Of a stretch of 49,820 nucleotides of DNA, positions 35,022-43,903 are shown one piece after another. The position numbers and the translations under genes are program-made. The stretch's first letter is position 1, and every line of letters starts with the position of its first letter. This DNA comes from a bacterium. Lineage in GTDB: Bacteria; Patescibacteriota; Patescibacteriia; Patescibacteriales; GWC2-42-12. Location of the stretch: the NCBI GenBank assembly GCA_043807825.1, contig JAZDFM010000029.1, positions 1 through 49,820 of the forward strand, in the 5' to 3' direction. The notes below the pieces were generated by a model. It saw nothing but the letters and a program-made list of their open reading frames with translations. It had not been told where the DNA came from and ran no database searches.

Positions 35022-36200
35022 CTATTTGCCTACAAACTGTGCTCTATCGTTTTTTTTATTTGCTTTTTTAATTATTTTTTTAATCATCTCAACCGTAATA
35101 TCCCTGCCACCAAGGCCGACAATGAAACTGGAGACATTGGCATTTGTCGCGCCTTGAACAACGGCTTTGATGTCGGAAGCCAGCGGTCCGATTTGCCCCA
35201 GCGAAATTGATTTGTCTATGACAGCGATGTTTTTCGCGCGTTTTATTATTTTTAAAATTTGTTCTGATGGAAAAGGTCGGAAGCATTTAATTTTCAAGAT
35301 GCCGATGTCCGAGCCGGCGGCGGCGTGTTTTATGGTTCCGCAAACCGATCCCATGGCGATGACTATGGTGTCAGGGTTTTTAGGGCCTATATATTCCATT
35401 AAACCATTTTCTATTCTTAGTTTTAATTGGTTTAATTTTGAATTTTGAATTTTGAATTTTGAATTGAATGCCGTAAACTCTTTGTTGATGGCGTTAAGGC
35501 TATTCTCCAAATCTTCGTGCAGTTCTTGCCGGATTTCCATATAATGGGCCGGAGTAGCCAAAGCTCCCAAGGTGGCGGGGTTGGCCGGATCCAAATATTG
35601 GCCGGGTTCGGGATTGTAATCAGGAAGATATTTTTTAATCTGTTCGGCTTCGGGTATGATAACCGGCTCGTAAGTGTGCGTCATGATGAATCCGTCAACA
35701 TTGACCATAACCGGAATTTTTAATTTTTCGGCGATTTTGAAAGCCATAATATGTTGGTTGACGGCTTCCTGATGGTTTTCCGCGAATAGCAAAATCCATC
35801 CCGCGTCCCTGATCGCCATCACATCCTGCTGATCGTTCCAGATATTTATTGGCGCTGATACGGCTCTGTTGGCGCATGTCATGACAATCGGCAATCTCAT
35901 TCCCGCGATATTGTAAATCACTTCGGCCATAAGCAAAAGCCCTTGCGAGCTTGTGGCGCTGTAAGCGCGCGCTCCGGCGGCGCTGGCTCCGGCCACGATA
36001 GAAGCGGCCGCGAATTCGCTCTCGGCCCTCACATATTCATAATCAGCCTGTCCGTCGGCTTTGAATTTTGCCAGGTCTTCAACAATATGGGTTTGAGGAG
36101 TGATTGGGTAGGCGGAAATCACGGCGGGGCGGATATTTTTAACTGTTAGGGCGATAGCGCGAGAGCCTTCAAGTATTTGTTGTTTATTTTTATTATTCAT
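35022..36200 (-). CDS. porA: pyruvate/2-oxoacid:ferredoxin oxidoreductase alpha subunit
   Basis: GSRAIALTVKN...AYPITPQT...SE.AA....GAS.AG.R..TATSSQG pattern. The ATG at 36200 (MNNKNKQQILEG) is preferred. The ORF-track extension to 36446 runs through a REP element and overlaps porD. Confidence 0.9.
   Translation of the reverse strand: MNNKNKQQILEGSRAIALTVKNIRPAVISAYPITPQTHIVEDLAKFKADGQADYEYVRAESEFAAASIVAGASAAGARAYSATSSQGLLLMAEVIYNIAGMRLPIVMTCANRAVSAPINIWNDQQDVMAIRDAGWILLFAENHQEAVNQHIMAFKIAEKLKIPVMVNVDGFIMTHTYEPVIIPEAEQIKKYLPDYNPEPGQYLDPANPATLGALATPAHYMEIRQELHEDLENSLNAINKEFTAFNSKFKIQNSKLNQLKLRIENGLMEYIGPKNPDTIVIAMGSVCGTIKHAAAGSDIGILKIKCFRPFPSEQILKIIKRAKNIAVIDKSISLGQIGPLASDIKAVVQGATNANVSSFIVGLGGRDITVEMIKKIIKKANKKNDRAQFVGK
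35434..35461. repeat. heptanucleotide repeat (aattttg x4 plus a partial copy) inside porA
   Basis: Four exact tandem copies on the plus strand encode FNSKFKIQNSKL in an apparently expanded inter-domain linker. Confidence 0.85.
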
Positions 36201-36214
36201 ATAAAATTGTTCGC

Positions 36215-36269
36215 GAGATTGCTTCGTCGTCCCCCACCAAAATTTGGTGGGGGACTTCTCGCAATGACA
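36215..36269 (+). repeat. REP-like unit, GAGATTGC...GCAATGACA family, with nested perfect hairpin
   Basis: gagattgcttcgtcgt + cccccaccaaaatttggtggggg + acttctcgcaatgaca, in the 76-nt porD-porA spacer. Confidence 0.85.
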
Positions 36270-36276
36270 TGAGGAA

Positions 36277-36525
36277 TTATTTTTCTTCAGGTTCCATTTC
36301 AATGGCTTTAAACGGGCATTCAGCGGCGCATAATCCGCAGCCTTTGCAATATGACAGATCGCCATCATAATATTTTTCGCCGGTTTGATGAATCGCGTTT
36401 TCAGGGCAGATTCTTTGGCAAATTCCGCAAGCCGAACATTTGTCATGCAAAAATTTCGGTTTAATTGATCTCCATGAACCTGTTTTATTTATTATTGAGG
36501 TAGATGGTTTAACGGCAATTTTCAT
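36277..36525 (-). CDS. porD: oxidoreductase delta subunit, 2x[4Fe-4S] ferredoxin
   Basis: CSACGICQRICP and CKGCGLCAAECP cluster motifs, 82 aa. Confidence 0.9.
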   Translation of the reverse strand: MKIAVKPSTSIINKTGSWRSIKPKFLHDKCSACGICQRICPENAIHQTGEKYYDGDLSYCKGCGLCAAECPFKAIEMEPEEK

Positions 36526-36534
36526 AAATAAAAT

Positions 36535-37074
36535 TTAATTTTGATACGCCATTTCTATGGCTTTGATATTTTTATCAATCAAATCTTGATTTCCGGAAAA
36601 TTTTTCTTCAATGGCCTGTTTAAGAGATTCAAGGCTGACTATGCCGGTTATTTTCGCGAAAGCTCCCAAAATAACGGTGTTAACTATATTTTTCCCGATT
36701 ATTTCCAAAGCTATTTTGGACGCGTCAATGATATGAATATTTGATGCCGGCAATTTGATTTTCAATTCCCGTTTGTCTTTGGCCGTATTGATGATAGCGA
36801 TGGTTTTTTTACCCGCGCCCTTGGCCACGTCAATGCTTTCAAGCAAACTGGCGTCCTGAATAATCAAAATATCCGGATTTTTAATTTGTTCTCTGGTTAT
36901 TATCGGATTATCGTCCACGCGCGCGAACGATTCCACGGGCGCGCCAGTCCTTTCCACGCCGAAAGATGGAAAAGCTTGCGCCTGCCGGCCGCTTTTAAAC
37001 GCGGCTATGGCTATCAATTCGGCGGCGGTTACAACTCCTTGGCCTCCTCGGCCGTGAATTCTTATTTGTATCAT
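36535..37074 (-). CDS. porG: oxidoreductase gamma subunit
   Basis: IRIHGRGGQGVVTAAELIA...FPSFG.ERTGAP is the POR/OFOR gamma signature. Confidence 0.9.
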   Translation of the reverse strand: MIQIRIHGRGGQGVVTAAELIAIAAFKSGRQAQAFPSFGVERTGAPVESFARVDDNPIITREQIKNPDILIIQDASLLESIDVAKGAGKKTIAIINTAKDKRELKIKLPASNIHIIDASKIALEIIGKNIVNTVILGAFAKITGIVSLESLKQAIEEKFSGNQDLIDKNIKAIEMAYQN

Positions 37075-37082
37075 AAAAATTT

Positions 37083-37760
37083 TTATTTTTTCAAATCCTC
37101 AATTATTTTAACAAACACATCATACGGTATGTCTCCCGATATTTTATAGCCGTTGATAAAGTAAGTCGGCGTGCCAGCGTTTCCGAATGATTGCCCGTCA
37201 GACAAGTCTTTTTGAATTTGCGGAAGATATTTTTTTTGATCAAGGCAATTTTTAAATTTCGCGGCATCGGCGCCGATTTGTCCGGCTAAAGACATAAGAT
37301 GATCGGCGGTGTTCACGCCTTGGTTTTGGAACAGCTTGTCATGCATTTGCCAAAATAACCCTTGTTCGCCGGCGCATCGCCCGGCTAACGCCAAATCGGT
37401 TGAATATTCTTGCATTATCGGGTAATCGCGCCAAATGAATTGGACTTCGTTTTTGTATTTTAAGCTTATTTCCCTGGAAGTTTTAAATGATTGCGCGCAC
37501 GCGGAGCACGCGAAATCTCCGAATTCAACTATTGTTATTTTCGCGTTTTCGGAGCCTGTCCAATAATGTTCTCCTTTGGAAGCATTATATGTTTGTCCGC
37601 TTAATTTTGTTTCGGATTCTTTCAGCTTAATTTGGGCGTTTTTTATTTCACTTATGAAATAAAAAATACTGGCGGAGACAAAAAATAAAATTATGGCGGA
37701 AAAAATAATCGCCAAAACGCCTTTCCATGTTTTAATCCAAGGTTTTTTTTCGTTTTCCAT
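37083..37760 (-). CDS. membrane-anchored DsbA-family thiol:disulfide oxidoreductase
   Basis: N-terminal TM anchor. VEFGDFACSACAQ carries a CxxC motif, and GTPTYFING is a cis-Pro-type motif of the DsbA fold. Confidence 0.8.
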   Translation of the reverse strand: MENEKKPWIKTWKGVLAIIFSAIILFFVSASIFYFISEIKNAQIKLKESETKLSGQTYNASKGEHYWTGSENAKITIVEFGDFACSACAQSFKTSREISLKYKNEVQFIWRDYPIMQEYSTDLALAGRCAGEQGLFWQMHDKLFQNQGVNTADHLMSLAGQIGADAAKFKNCLDQKKYLPQIQKDLSDGQSFGNAGTPTYFINGYKISGDIPYDVFVKIIEDLKK

Positions 37761-37808
37761 TGAAAAATTTAGAAATTAGTTTTAATATGAATATTATAGC
37801 ATTTATTT

Positions 37809-37946
37809 ATGGATAAACAAAATTTTGACAATTTGGATGTTGAGCTTGAAAAGCTGCTGAACGAGCGCGAAAAAAGAAAGAGAAAGCGCATGAAAGTGAG
37901 CGGAGCGGCGGTAAAAAACTTGCAAAAAATCATTGTTGCAAAATAA
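37809..37946 (+). CDS. possible small protein (45 aa), not in the ORF track
   Basis: ATG to TAA ORF encoding MDKQNFDNLDVELEKLLNEREKRKRKRMKVSGAAVKNLQKIIVAK, in an otherwise empty 260-nt gap. No RBS or family support. Confidence 0.25.
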   Translation: MDKQNFDNLDVELEKLLNEREKRKRKRMKVSGAAVKNLQKIIVAK

Positions 37947-37963
37947 TCGCAAAGATGTATAAT
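37936..37963 (+). promoter_or_regulatory. promoter for pdaD (TTGCAA-16-TATAAT)
   Basis: ttgcaa at 37936-37941 and tataat at 37958-37963. Confidence 0.55.
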
Positions 37964-38022
37964 AGATTTGTCGCTTTTAAGCGATTATTATTTTAATAAT
38001 TTAAACGGAAAAATCAAAAAGT

Positions 38023-38643
38023 ATGTTCACACCGAAAAAAATGTTTCTCACAAAAGGAGTCGGAGTCCATAAGGACAAATTGGCTTCGTTTGAGCTGGCT
38101 CTCAGAAATGCCGGAATCCAGCATTGCAATTTGGTGACTGTTTCAAGCATCCTGCCGCCTCATTGCCAAATGGTGTCAAAAGAAAAAGGAGAAAAGATGC
38201 TTTATCCGGGGCAGATTGTTTTTTGCGTTTTGGCAAGAAGCGAGACTAATGAGCCCAATCGTTTGGTTTCCGCCTCTATCGGCGTTGCCAGGCCAAGCCA
38301 TGAAGATGATTACGGCTATCTGTCCGAACATCACGCTTTCGGGGAAGTGGCCAAAAAAACCGGCGATTACGCCGAAGATTTGGCGGCTACCATGCTTGCC
38401 ACCACCAAAGGCATTGAATTTGATTCTGATAAAGCGTGGGATGAAAGAAAGCAGATTTATATTTCCAGCGGGCATATTTTCCGCACGATGAATATCTGCC
38501 AATCGGCCGAAGGCAATAAGCATGGCTTATGGACGACTGTCATAGCTGTCGCTGTTTTTTGCGAATACAGTTTCCATAAAGATGTCGTCTGCCCGATAAT
38601 CAAAGATGAATTTGAAAGTTATAACGGCAAGATAAAAAAATAA
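38023..38643 (+). CDS. pdaD: pyruvoyl-dependent arginine decarboxylase
   Basis: FLTKGVGVH...[20 protein letters not shown] includes the Ser-Ser self-cleavage site typical of PvlArgDC. Confidence 0.85.
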   Translation: MFTPKKMFLTKGVGVHKDKLASFELALRNAGIQHCNLVTVSSILPPHCQMVSKEKGEKMLYPGQIVFCVLARSETNEPNRLVSASIGVARPSHEDDYGYLSEHHAFGEVAKKTGDYAEDLAATMLATTKGIEFDSDKAWDERKQIYISSGHIFRTMNICQSAEGNKHGLWTTVIAVAVFCEYSFHKDVVCPIIKDEFESYNGKIKK

Positions 38644-38662
38644 TCGGCAGGCAAAAAAATGT

Positions 38663-39106
38663 ATGGCTTTGCGGAAATATCAAGCCAAAAGAAAATTTTC
38701 CAATACGCCCGAGCCTAAAGGCGCGGTTAGAAAACGCGGGTTATCGCGTTTTGTGGCGCAAAAGCACGCGGCTCGCAATTTGCATTATGATTTCAGGCTT
38801 GAGCATGAAGGAGTTCTGAAATCATGGGCCGTTCCGAAGGGCGTGCCTGAAAAAGCGGGAATTAAAAGATTGGCCGTTCAAGTTGAAGACCATCCGGTTG
38901 AGTATATAAATTTTTCAGGCGTAATTCCCAAAGGCGAGTATGGCGCCGGAACAGTTGAAATTTGGGATAGCGGAAAATGGCGGGCGATTGGCGGCAGTTT
39001 GGAAAGCGGCGGCCTGAAATTTATTTTGTCGGGCAAAAAGCTCAACGGCGAATATGTTTTAGCCAAGATGAAAGACGGAAAAAATTGGCTGATATATAAA
39101 AAATAA
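38663..39106 (+). CDS. stand-alone LigD-type 3'-phosphoesterase domain protein
   Basis: RFVAQKHAARNLHYDFRLEHEGVLKSWAVPKG and GEYGAGTVEIWD are hallmark motifs of the LigD PE module. 147 aa with no ligase or polymerase domain. Confidence 0.85.
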   Translation: MALRKYQAKRKFSNTPEPKGAVRKRGLSRFVAQKHAARNLHYDFRLEHEGVLKSWAVPKGVPEKAGIKRLAVQVEDHPVEYINFSGVIPKGEYGAGTVEIWDSGKWRAIGGSLESGGLKFILSGKKLNGEYVLAKMKDGKNWLIYKK

Positions 39107-39125
39107 AAATATGTGATCATGTGAT

Positions 39126-41522
39126 ATGGAAAAATATGACCATAAAAAAATAGAGTTGAAATGGAAAAAAAAATGGGAGAAAAGCAAACTGTATAAAATT
39201 TCAGGCAAGCAAGACAAGCCGAAATATTATGTTTTGGATATGTTTCCGTATCCCTCCGGAGAAGGTCTTCATGTCGGGCATCCGAAAGGATATATCGCCA
39301 CTGACATATTGGCCCGCATGAAAACGATGCGGGGATATAATGTCCTGCATCCCATGGGCTGGGACGCTTTCGGCCTGCCGGCGGAAAATTACGCCATCAA
39401 AAACAAGGTTCATCCGCGGGAGGCGACTGAGAAAAACATTAAAACTTTTAAAGCTCAGCTTGGAAAACTCGGCTTCTTTTATGATTGGGAACGGGAGATA
39501 AACACAACCGATCCTGAATATTATAAATGGACGCAGTGGGCGTTTTTGCAAATGTTCAAAAAAGGGCTGGCTTACGAATCGCGTGAACCGATAAATTGGT
39601 GTCCGTCCTGCAAAACCGGCTTGGCTAACGAAGATTTGGAAAACGGAAAATGCGAAAGGTGCGGGAGCGATATTGAAAGAAAGCCGATGAGGCAATGGGT
39701 TTTAAAAATAACCGATTATGCCGACAGGTTGCTTGCCGATTTGGATAAATTGCCCGGCTGGGAAGAGTCTATCAAGGAAATGCAGAGAAATTGGATCGGA
39801 CGTTCCGAAGGAGCGGTAGTTAAATTTTCAATTTCCAATGATGAAATTGATTATTTGGAAGTTTATACAACCAGGCCGGATACTTTGTTTGGCTGTACAT
39901 ATATGGTTGTTTGCCCGGAACATAAACTAATTGCGAACCATAAAGAGAAAATTGATAATTACAATGAAGTTGAGAAATATATTGATAAATCAAAGAAAAA
40001 ATCTGATTTAGAGAGAACGGATTTGGCAAAAGAAAAAACAGGAGTTAAAATTGAAGGCTTGGCCGCGATCAATCCGGCCAATAATGAAGAGATTCCGATT
40101 TTTGTAGCTGACTATGTTTTAGCCGGATACGGAACAGGCGCGATTATGGCCGTGCCGGCGCATGATGAGCGCGATTGGGAGTTCGCGAAGAAATACAATT
40201 TGCCGATCAGGCGAGTTGTTAAATCTGATAAAGATTTGCCATATTGCGAAGAAGGCGTAAATATAAACTCCGGTTTTTTAGATGGTTTGGAAACCAAACA
40301 AGCCAAAGCAAAAATAATTGAGTGGCTGGAAGAAAAAAAGATTGGAAAAAAAGCGGTAAACTATAAATTGAAAGATTGGGTGTTTAGCCGGCAGAGATAT
40401 TGGGGCGAACCGATTCCGATTGTTCATTGCGAAAAATGCGGAGCTGTCGCTGTTCCCGAGAAAGATTTGCCGGTTAAGCTTCCGGAGGTTAAAAATTACG
40501 AGCCGAGCGGAACAGGCGAGTCGCCGCTGGCCAATATCGCGAAATGGGTAAATACAAAATGCCCGAAATGCGTAGGACCGGCCAAAAGAGAAACCAATAC
40601 CATGCCGCAGTGGGCGGGGTCAAGCTGGTATTATTTAAGATATATTGATCCGAAAAATAGGAAAGCGTTAGTTGACAAAACCAAAGAAAAATATTGGTCG
40701 CCGGTTGATTTTTATGTCGGCGGAGCGGAACACGCCACCAGGCATCTGATCTACGCGCGTTTTTGGCATAAATTTTTGCATGATATCGGCGCGGTAAATT
40801 ACGAAGAGCCGTTCACGCGATTGCGGCATGTCGGATTGATTTTGGCCGAGGACGGGCGCAAGATGTCAAAGCGCTGGGGAAATGTTATCAATCCTGATGA
40901 AATCGTGGAAAAATACGGAGCCGACGCTATGCGCGTCTACGAAATGTTCATGGGGCCGTTTTCCCAGCCGTGCGCGTGGAATACGAATGGGCTGATCGGC
41001 GCCAGAAGATTTTTGGAAAATGTTTATAAAATTAAGCCAAAAATTTGTTCGTCAACCGGCGGAAGAAGGCTGGAAAATCTGTTGCATAAAACAATCAAAA
41101 AAGTATCCGAAGATATTGAAGATTTTAAATTCAATACGGCTATTTCCCAAATGATGATTTTTGCCAATGAGTCGGAAAAAGAAATTTCAAAATCGGATTT
41201 TGAAAATTTTTTAATAATTTTATCTCCTTTCGCGCCGCATTTATGCGAGGAATTATGGAGCGAGTTGGGAAATAAAGAAAGTATTTTCAAGCAAAAATGG
41301 CCCGAATGCGATAAGAATTTAATTAAAGACGAAACAATAAATTTGGTGGTTCAAGTTAATGGAAAATTACGCGATAATCTTGAAGTTTCGGCTGATATTA
41401 GCGAAGAAGAAGCAAAAAAAAACGCAATGGAAAGCGAAAAAATCAAGAAATGGATTGATGGAAAAGAAATTTTGAAGGTGATTTTTGTCAAAGGAAGATT
41501 GGTGAATATAGTTTTGCGTTGA
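39126..41522 (+). CDS. leuS: leucyl-tRNA synthetase
   Basis: HVGH (HIGH) and KMSKR (KMSKS) motifs, CP1 editing domain, 798 aa. Confidence 0.97.
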   Translation: MEKYDHKKIELKWKKKWEKSKLYKISGKQDKPKYYVLDMFPYPSGEGLHVGHPKGYIATDILARMKTMRGYNVLHPMGWDAFGLPAENYAIKNKVHPREATEKNIKTFKAQLGKLGFFYDWEREINTTDPEYYKWTQWAFLQMFKKGLAYESREPINWCPSCKTGLANEDLENGKCERCGSDIERKPMRQWVLKITDYADRLLADLDKLPGWEESIKEMQRNWIGRSEGAVVKFSISNDEIDYLEVYTTRPDTLFGCTYMVVCPEHKLIANHKEKIDNYNEVEKYIDKSKKKSDLERTDLAKEKTGVKIEGLAAINPANNEEIPIFVADYVLAGYGTGAIMAVPAHDERDWEFAKKYNLPIRRVVKSDKDLPYCEEGVNINSGFLDGLETKQAKAKIIEWLEEKKIGKKAVNYKLKDWVFSRQRYWGEPIPIVHCEKCGAVAVPEKDLPVKLPEVKNYEPSGTGESPLANIAKWVNTKCPKCVGPAKRETNTMPQWAGSSWYYLRYIDPKNRKALVDKTKEKYWSPVDFYVGGAEHATRHLIYARFWHKFLHDIGAVNYEEPFTRLRHVGLILAEDGRKMSKRWGNVINPDEIVEKYGADAMRVYEMFMGPFSQPCAWNTNGLIGARRFLENVYKIKPKICSSTGGRRLENLLHKTIKKVSEDIEDFKFNTAISQMMIFANESEKEISKSDFENFLIILSPFAPHLCEELWSELGNKESIFKQKWPECDKNLIKDETINLVVQVNGKLRDNLEVSADISEEEAKKNAMESEKIKKWIDGKEILKVIFVKGRLVNIVLR

Positions 41523-41554
41523 CAATAATTTTTGTTGAGAATATAATGTAAAAT

Positions 41555-41713
41555 ATGGAACAGCAAAATATTACAAAAGAATTAAAGCAGGGCCATGAAA
41601 ATATTGAATTGCGTCTTTCAAATGTGGCATATCGCTTTGAGCTTGAAGAAGTGAAAGAAATGGTTAAGATTTTAAAAAAACAAGTTGAAATGTTGCAAGA
41701 AAGAGTTTTATAA
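41555..41713 (+). CDS. possible small coiled-coil protein (52 aa), not in the ORF track
   Basis: ATG at 41555 to TAA at 41711, encoding MEQQNITKELKQGHENIELRLSNVAYRFELEEVKEMVKILKKQVEMLQERVL. The 3' end overlaps the convergent gene by 6 nt. Confidence 0.3.
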   Translation: MEQQNITKELKQGHENIELRLSNVAYRFELEEVKEMVKILKKQVEMLQERVL

Positions 41714-42493
41714 ATTCGCCAAAAGCCAATTTCCATCCGCTTGTTTTTCCACATAAAAATTAACATTCGCTTTATACCAGGAAAAATATACTTCAGCAGA
41801 GTATGTTTTTTTATTTTCCGTTGAGCCGGATAATTTCGCGCCGGACATAATATCGCCCAGCGTTAATTTTCCTTCCGCGTCTAAAAATTCCATAGTGTAT
41901 TCAACAGCTTTTCGCATTTCAGGAATAAAACAAGACATCGCTTCTTCTGTTTTTCCGCTTCTGATAGCGTTGGCCGCGGAAGAAAATATTCGGCCGGCGC
42001 CGCTATTTTCTTCTGGCGAAATTGAAGGAGCGGTTGGCGTCATTGAAAAATATCCGGTATTTATTTTATTCAAATTTTCATCTGTAATCCCAAGCCCTAA
42101 ATCCCGCATAATATTAAAAGCGTCTTGCGGCCGTCCCAGATAATACGCTTTTTTGTTTTTCGGATAAATATAGTAAGCTTCGCCGTTTTTTTCAACATCA
42201 AGCAATATTTTCCCAGAAACATAATCAGGATAAACAACATGGCCGGCGATAAATTCATGGGCCGCACCCAGGCTTAAGTCGCGCATAATGCCGAAAGCGT
42301 CGGACGGCCTGCTCAAATAATATTTTTTTTGGTCATTCGGATACATATACCATGCCTCGCCGCGAGATTGAACTTGAAGCAAGATATATCCGGATAATCG
42401 CCGGCTTAAGTTTTCTTCGGCAAAAACCGAACGCGGAGCCAGCGCGAGAACGCATATTGAAAAAATCGTTATTAAATATTTTTTTATAAGCAT
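41708..42493 (-). CDS. secreted protein with two ~45-aa GEAWY...YYL.RP.DAF.IMRDLGLG repeats
   Basis: Signal peptide ending VFA. Two clear internal repeats and a C-terminal globular domain. No family named with confidence. Confidence 0.6.
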   Translation of the reverse strand: MLIKKYLITIFSICVLALAPRSVFAEENLSRRLSGYILLQVQSRGEAWYMYPNDQKKYYLSRPSDAFGIMRDLSLGAAHEFIAGHVVYPDYVSGKILLDVEKNGEAYYIYPKNKKAYYLGRPQDAFNIMRDLGLGITDENLNKINTGYFSMTPTAPSISPEENSGAGRIFSSAANAIRSGKTEEAMSCFIPEMRKAVEYTMEFLDAEGKLTLGDIMSGAKLSGSTENKKTYSAEVYFSWYKANVNFYVEKQADGNWLLANL

Positions 42494-42553
42494 AAGATTG
42501 AATGACTTTTTCAGGCTAATTTGATATAATAAATTTATAATTTTAAAAAATAT

Positions 42554-43045
42554 ATGTTCAACAAAAAAAAGATGATTTTATTGGCTGCGAGCTTGTTAAT
42601 CGCCGGTTTTATAATTTTTGTAATTTTCAGCTCGCCAAGCGCTTCTTATAACAGCGCGGCTGATGCCGCCGGCGGATTTCCATATCAAATCGGCCTGACA
42701 AATGCTGTTATAATCCCTTGTTTTACAACAGGAAATCCTCCGGTGTGCGCCGGGGGAGAGCTTTGCGCAATAAAGGATCCGGCTTCATGCGCGCTTTATT
42801 CCGAAATAAGCGGCAGTCCGGCAGGCGGAATGGGAAGCAATGGAATTTTTTTAAAAACAGCGATCGCAAAATCCGGGTTGGTTTCTGGCGGGCAACTAAT
42901 AGCAGGCGGTATGTCTCCAGCCGCCATGGATAACGGAGTATTGGCTTCGGCCGGAGGCTGTTTCGGGTGCGTCGCGAAACAAAATTTGGCTGATAAAATT
43001 TTTATTTTTTTTGATAAATACATTATAGCAGGATTTAGAAATTAA
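42554..43045 (+). CDS. membrane-anchored/exported hypothetical protein (Gly/Ala/Cys-rich)
   Basis: N-terminal TM helix, 6 Cys, no recognised motif. Confidence 0.5.
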   Translation: MFNKKKMILLAASLLIAGFIIFVIFSSPSASYNSAADAAGGFPYQIGLTNAVIIPCFTTGNPPVCAGGELCAIKDPASCALYSEISGSPAGGMGSNGIFLKTAIAKSGLVSGGQLIAGGMSPAAMDNGVLASAGGCFGCVAKQNLADKIFIFFDKYIIAGFRN

Positions 43046-43059
43046 GTGAAAATTACCGT

Positions 43060-43884
43060 ATGGATTTGCTAAATGAAACAAAGGCGATATGCAAATTGAA
43101 CAATATCAAGCCTTCCCGTTCGCGCGGGCAGAATTTTTTAATTGAAGAAGATATATACAATCAAATTATTGAGTCGGCCGATTTGCGCGAAGACGATATT
43201 GTTTTGGAAGTTGGTCCCGGTTTAGGATTTTTAACCGCAAAGCTGGCTGTTAAAGCGAAAAAAGTAATCGCCGTGGAATTGGATGATAAATTAGTTGAGG
43301 TATTAAAATACAGATTAGAAAAGCAAAATATTAAGAATGTGGAAGCGATCAATGAAAATATTTTAAATTTTAAGAGCGAAAGAAATTTTAAAATTGTGGC
43401 GAATTTGCCGTATAATATAACTTCGGTTTTTTTAAGGAAATTTTTATCCGAATCTGAAATTAAGCCGAAGCTGATGGTTTTGATGCTGCAGAAAGAAGTG
43501 GCTGAAAGAATTTGCGCCAAAGCCGGACAAATGAGTCTGCTTTCGGTGTCGGTTCAGTCTTGCGCCAAGCCGGAAATTTTGCTGACGGTTTCAAGAAAGA
43601 ATTTTTGGCCCGAACCCGAAGTTGATTCCGCGATTGTGAAAATTTCGCCGGACAGCCGAAATTTTTTCAGCGATAAAATAAATGAAAAAGATTTTTTCCG
43701 TTTGGTAAAGTCGGGTTTCAGCGCCAAAAGAAAGATGCTGAAAAATAATTTGGCGTCCGGTTTCGGAATAAGCCAAGCCGAGTCTGAAAACAGAATAACA
43801 AGCGCCGGATTTAATCCTAAAATCAGGGCGCAGGAATTGTCGGTGGAAGATTGGGAAAAATTGTTTGTATTTTTCGCGAAATAA
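43060..43884 (+). CDS. rsmA: 16S rRNA (adenine1518/1519-N6)-dimethyltransferase
   Basis: GQNFL, the LEVGPGLG SAM motif and NLPYNI. Confidence 0.92.
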   Translation: MDLLNETKAICKLNNIKPSRSRGQNFLIEEDIYNQIIESADLREDDIVLEVGPGLGFLTAKLAVKAKKVIAVELDDKLVEVLKYRLEKQNIKNVEAINENILNFKSERNFKIVANLPYNITSVFLRKFLSESEIKPKLMVLMLQKEVAERICAKAGQMSLLSVSVQSCAKPEILLTVSRKNFWPEPEVDSAIVKISPDSRNFFSDKINEKDFFRLVKSGFSAKRKMLKNNLASGFGISQAESENRITSAGFNPKIRAQELSVEDWEKLFVFFAK

Positions 43885-43903
43885 TGTATAATAAAATAAT
43901 AAT

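Noticed and set aside
36201-36446. 82-aa N-terminal extension of the porA ORF
   Set aside because: It runs through the REP element (CHCEKSPTKFWWG) and overlaps porD in another frame. MNNKNKQQILEGSRAIAL at 36200 matches the usual alpha-subunit N-terminus.
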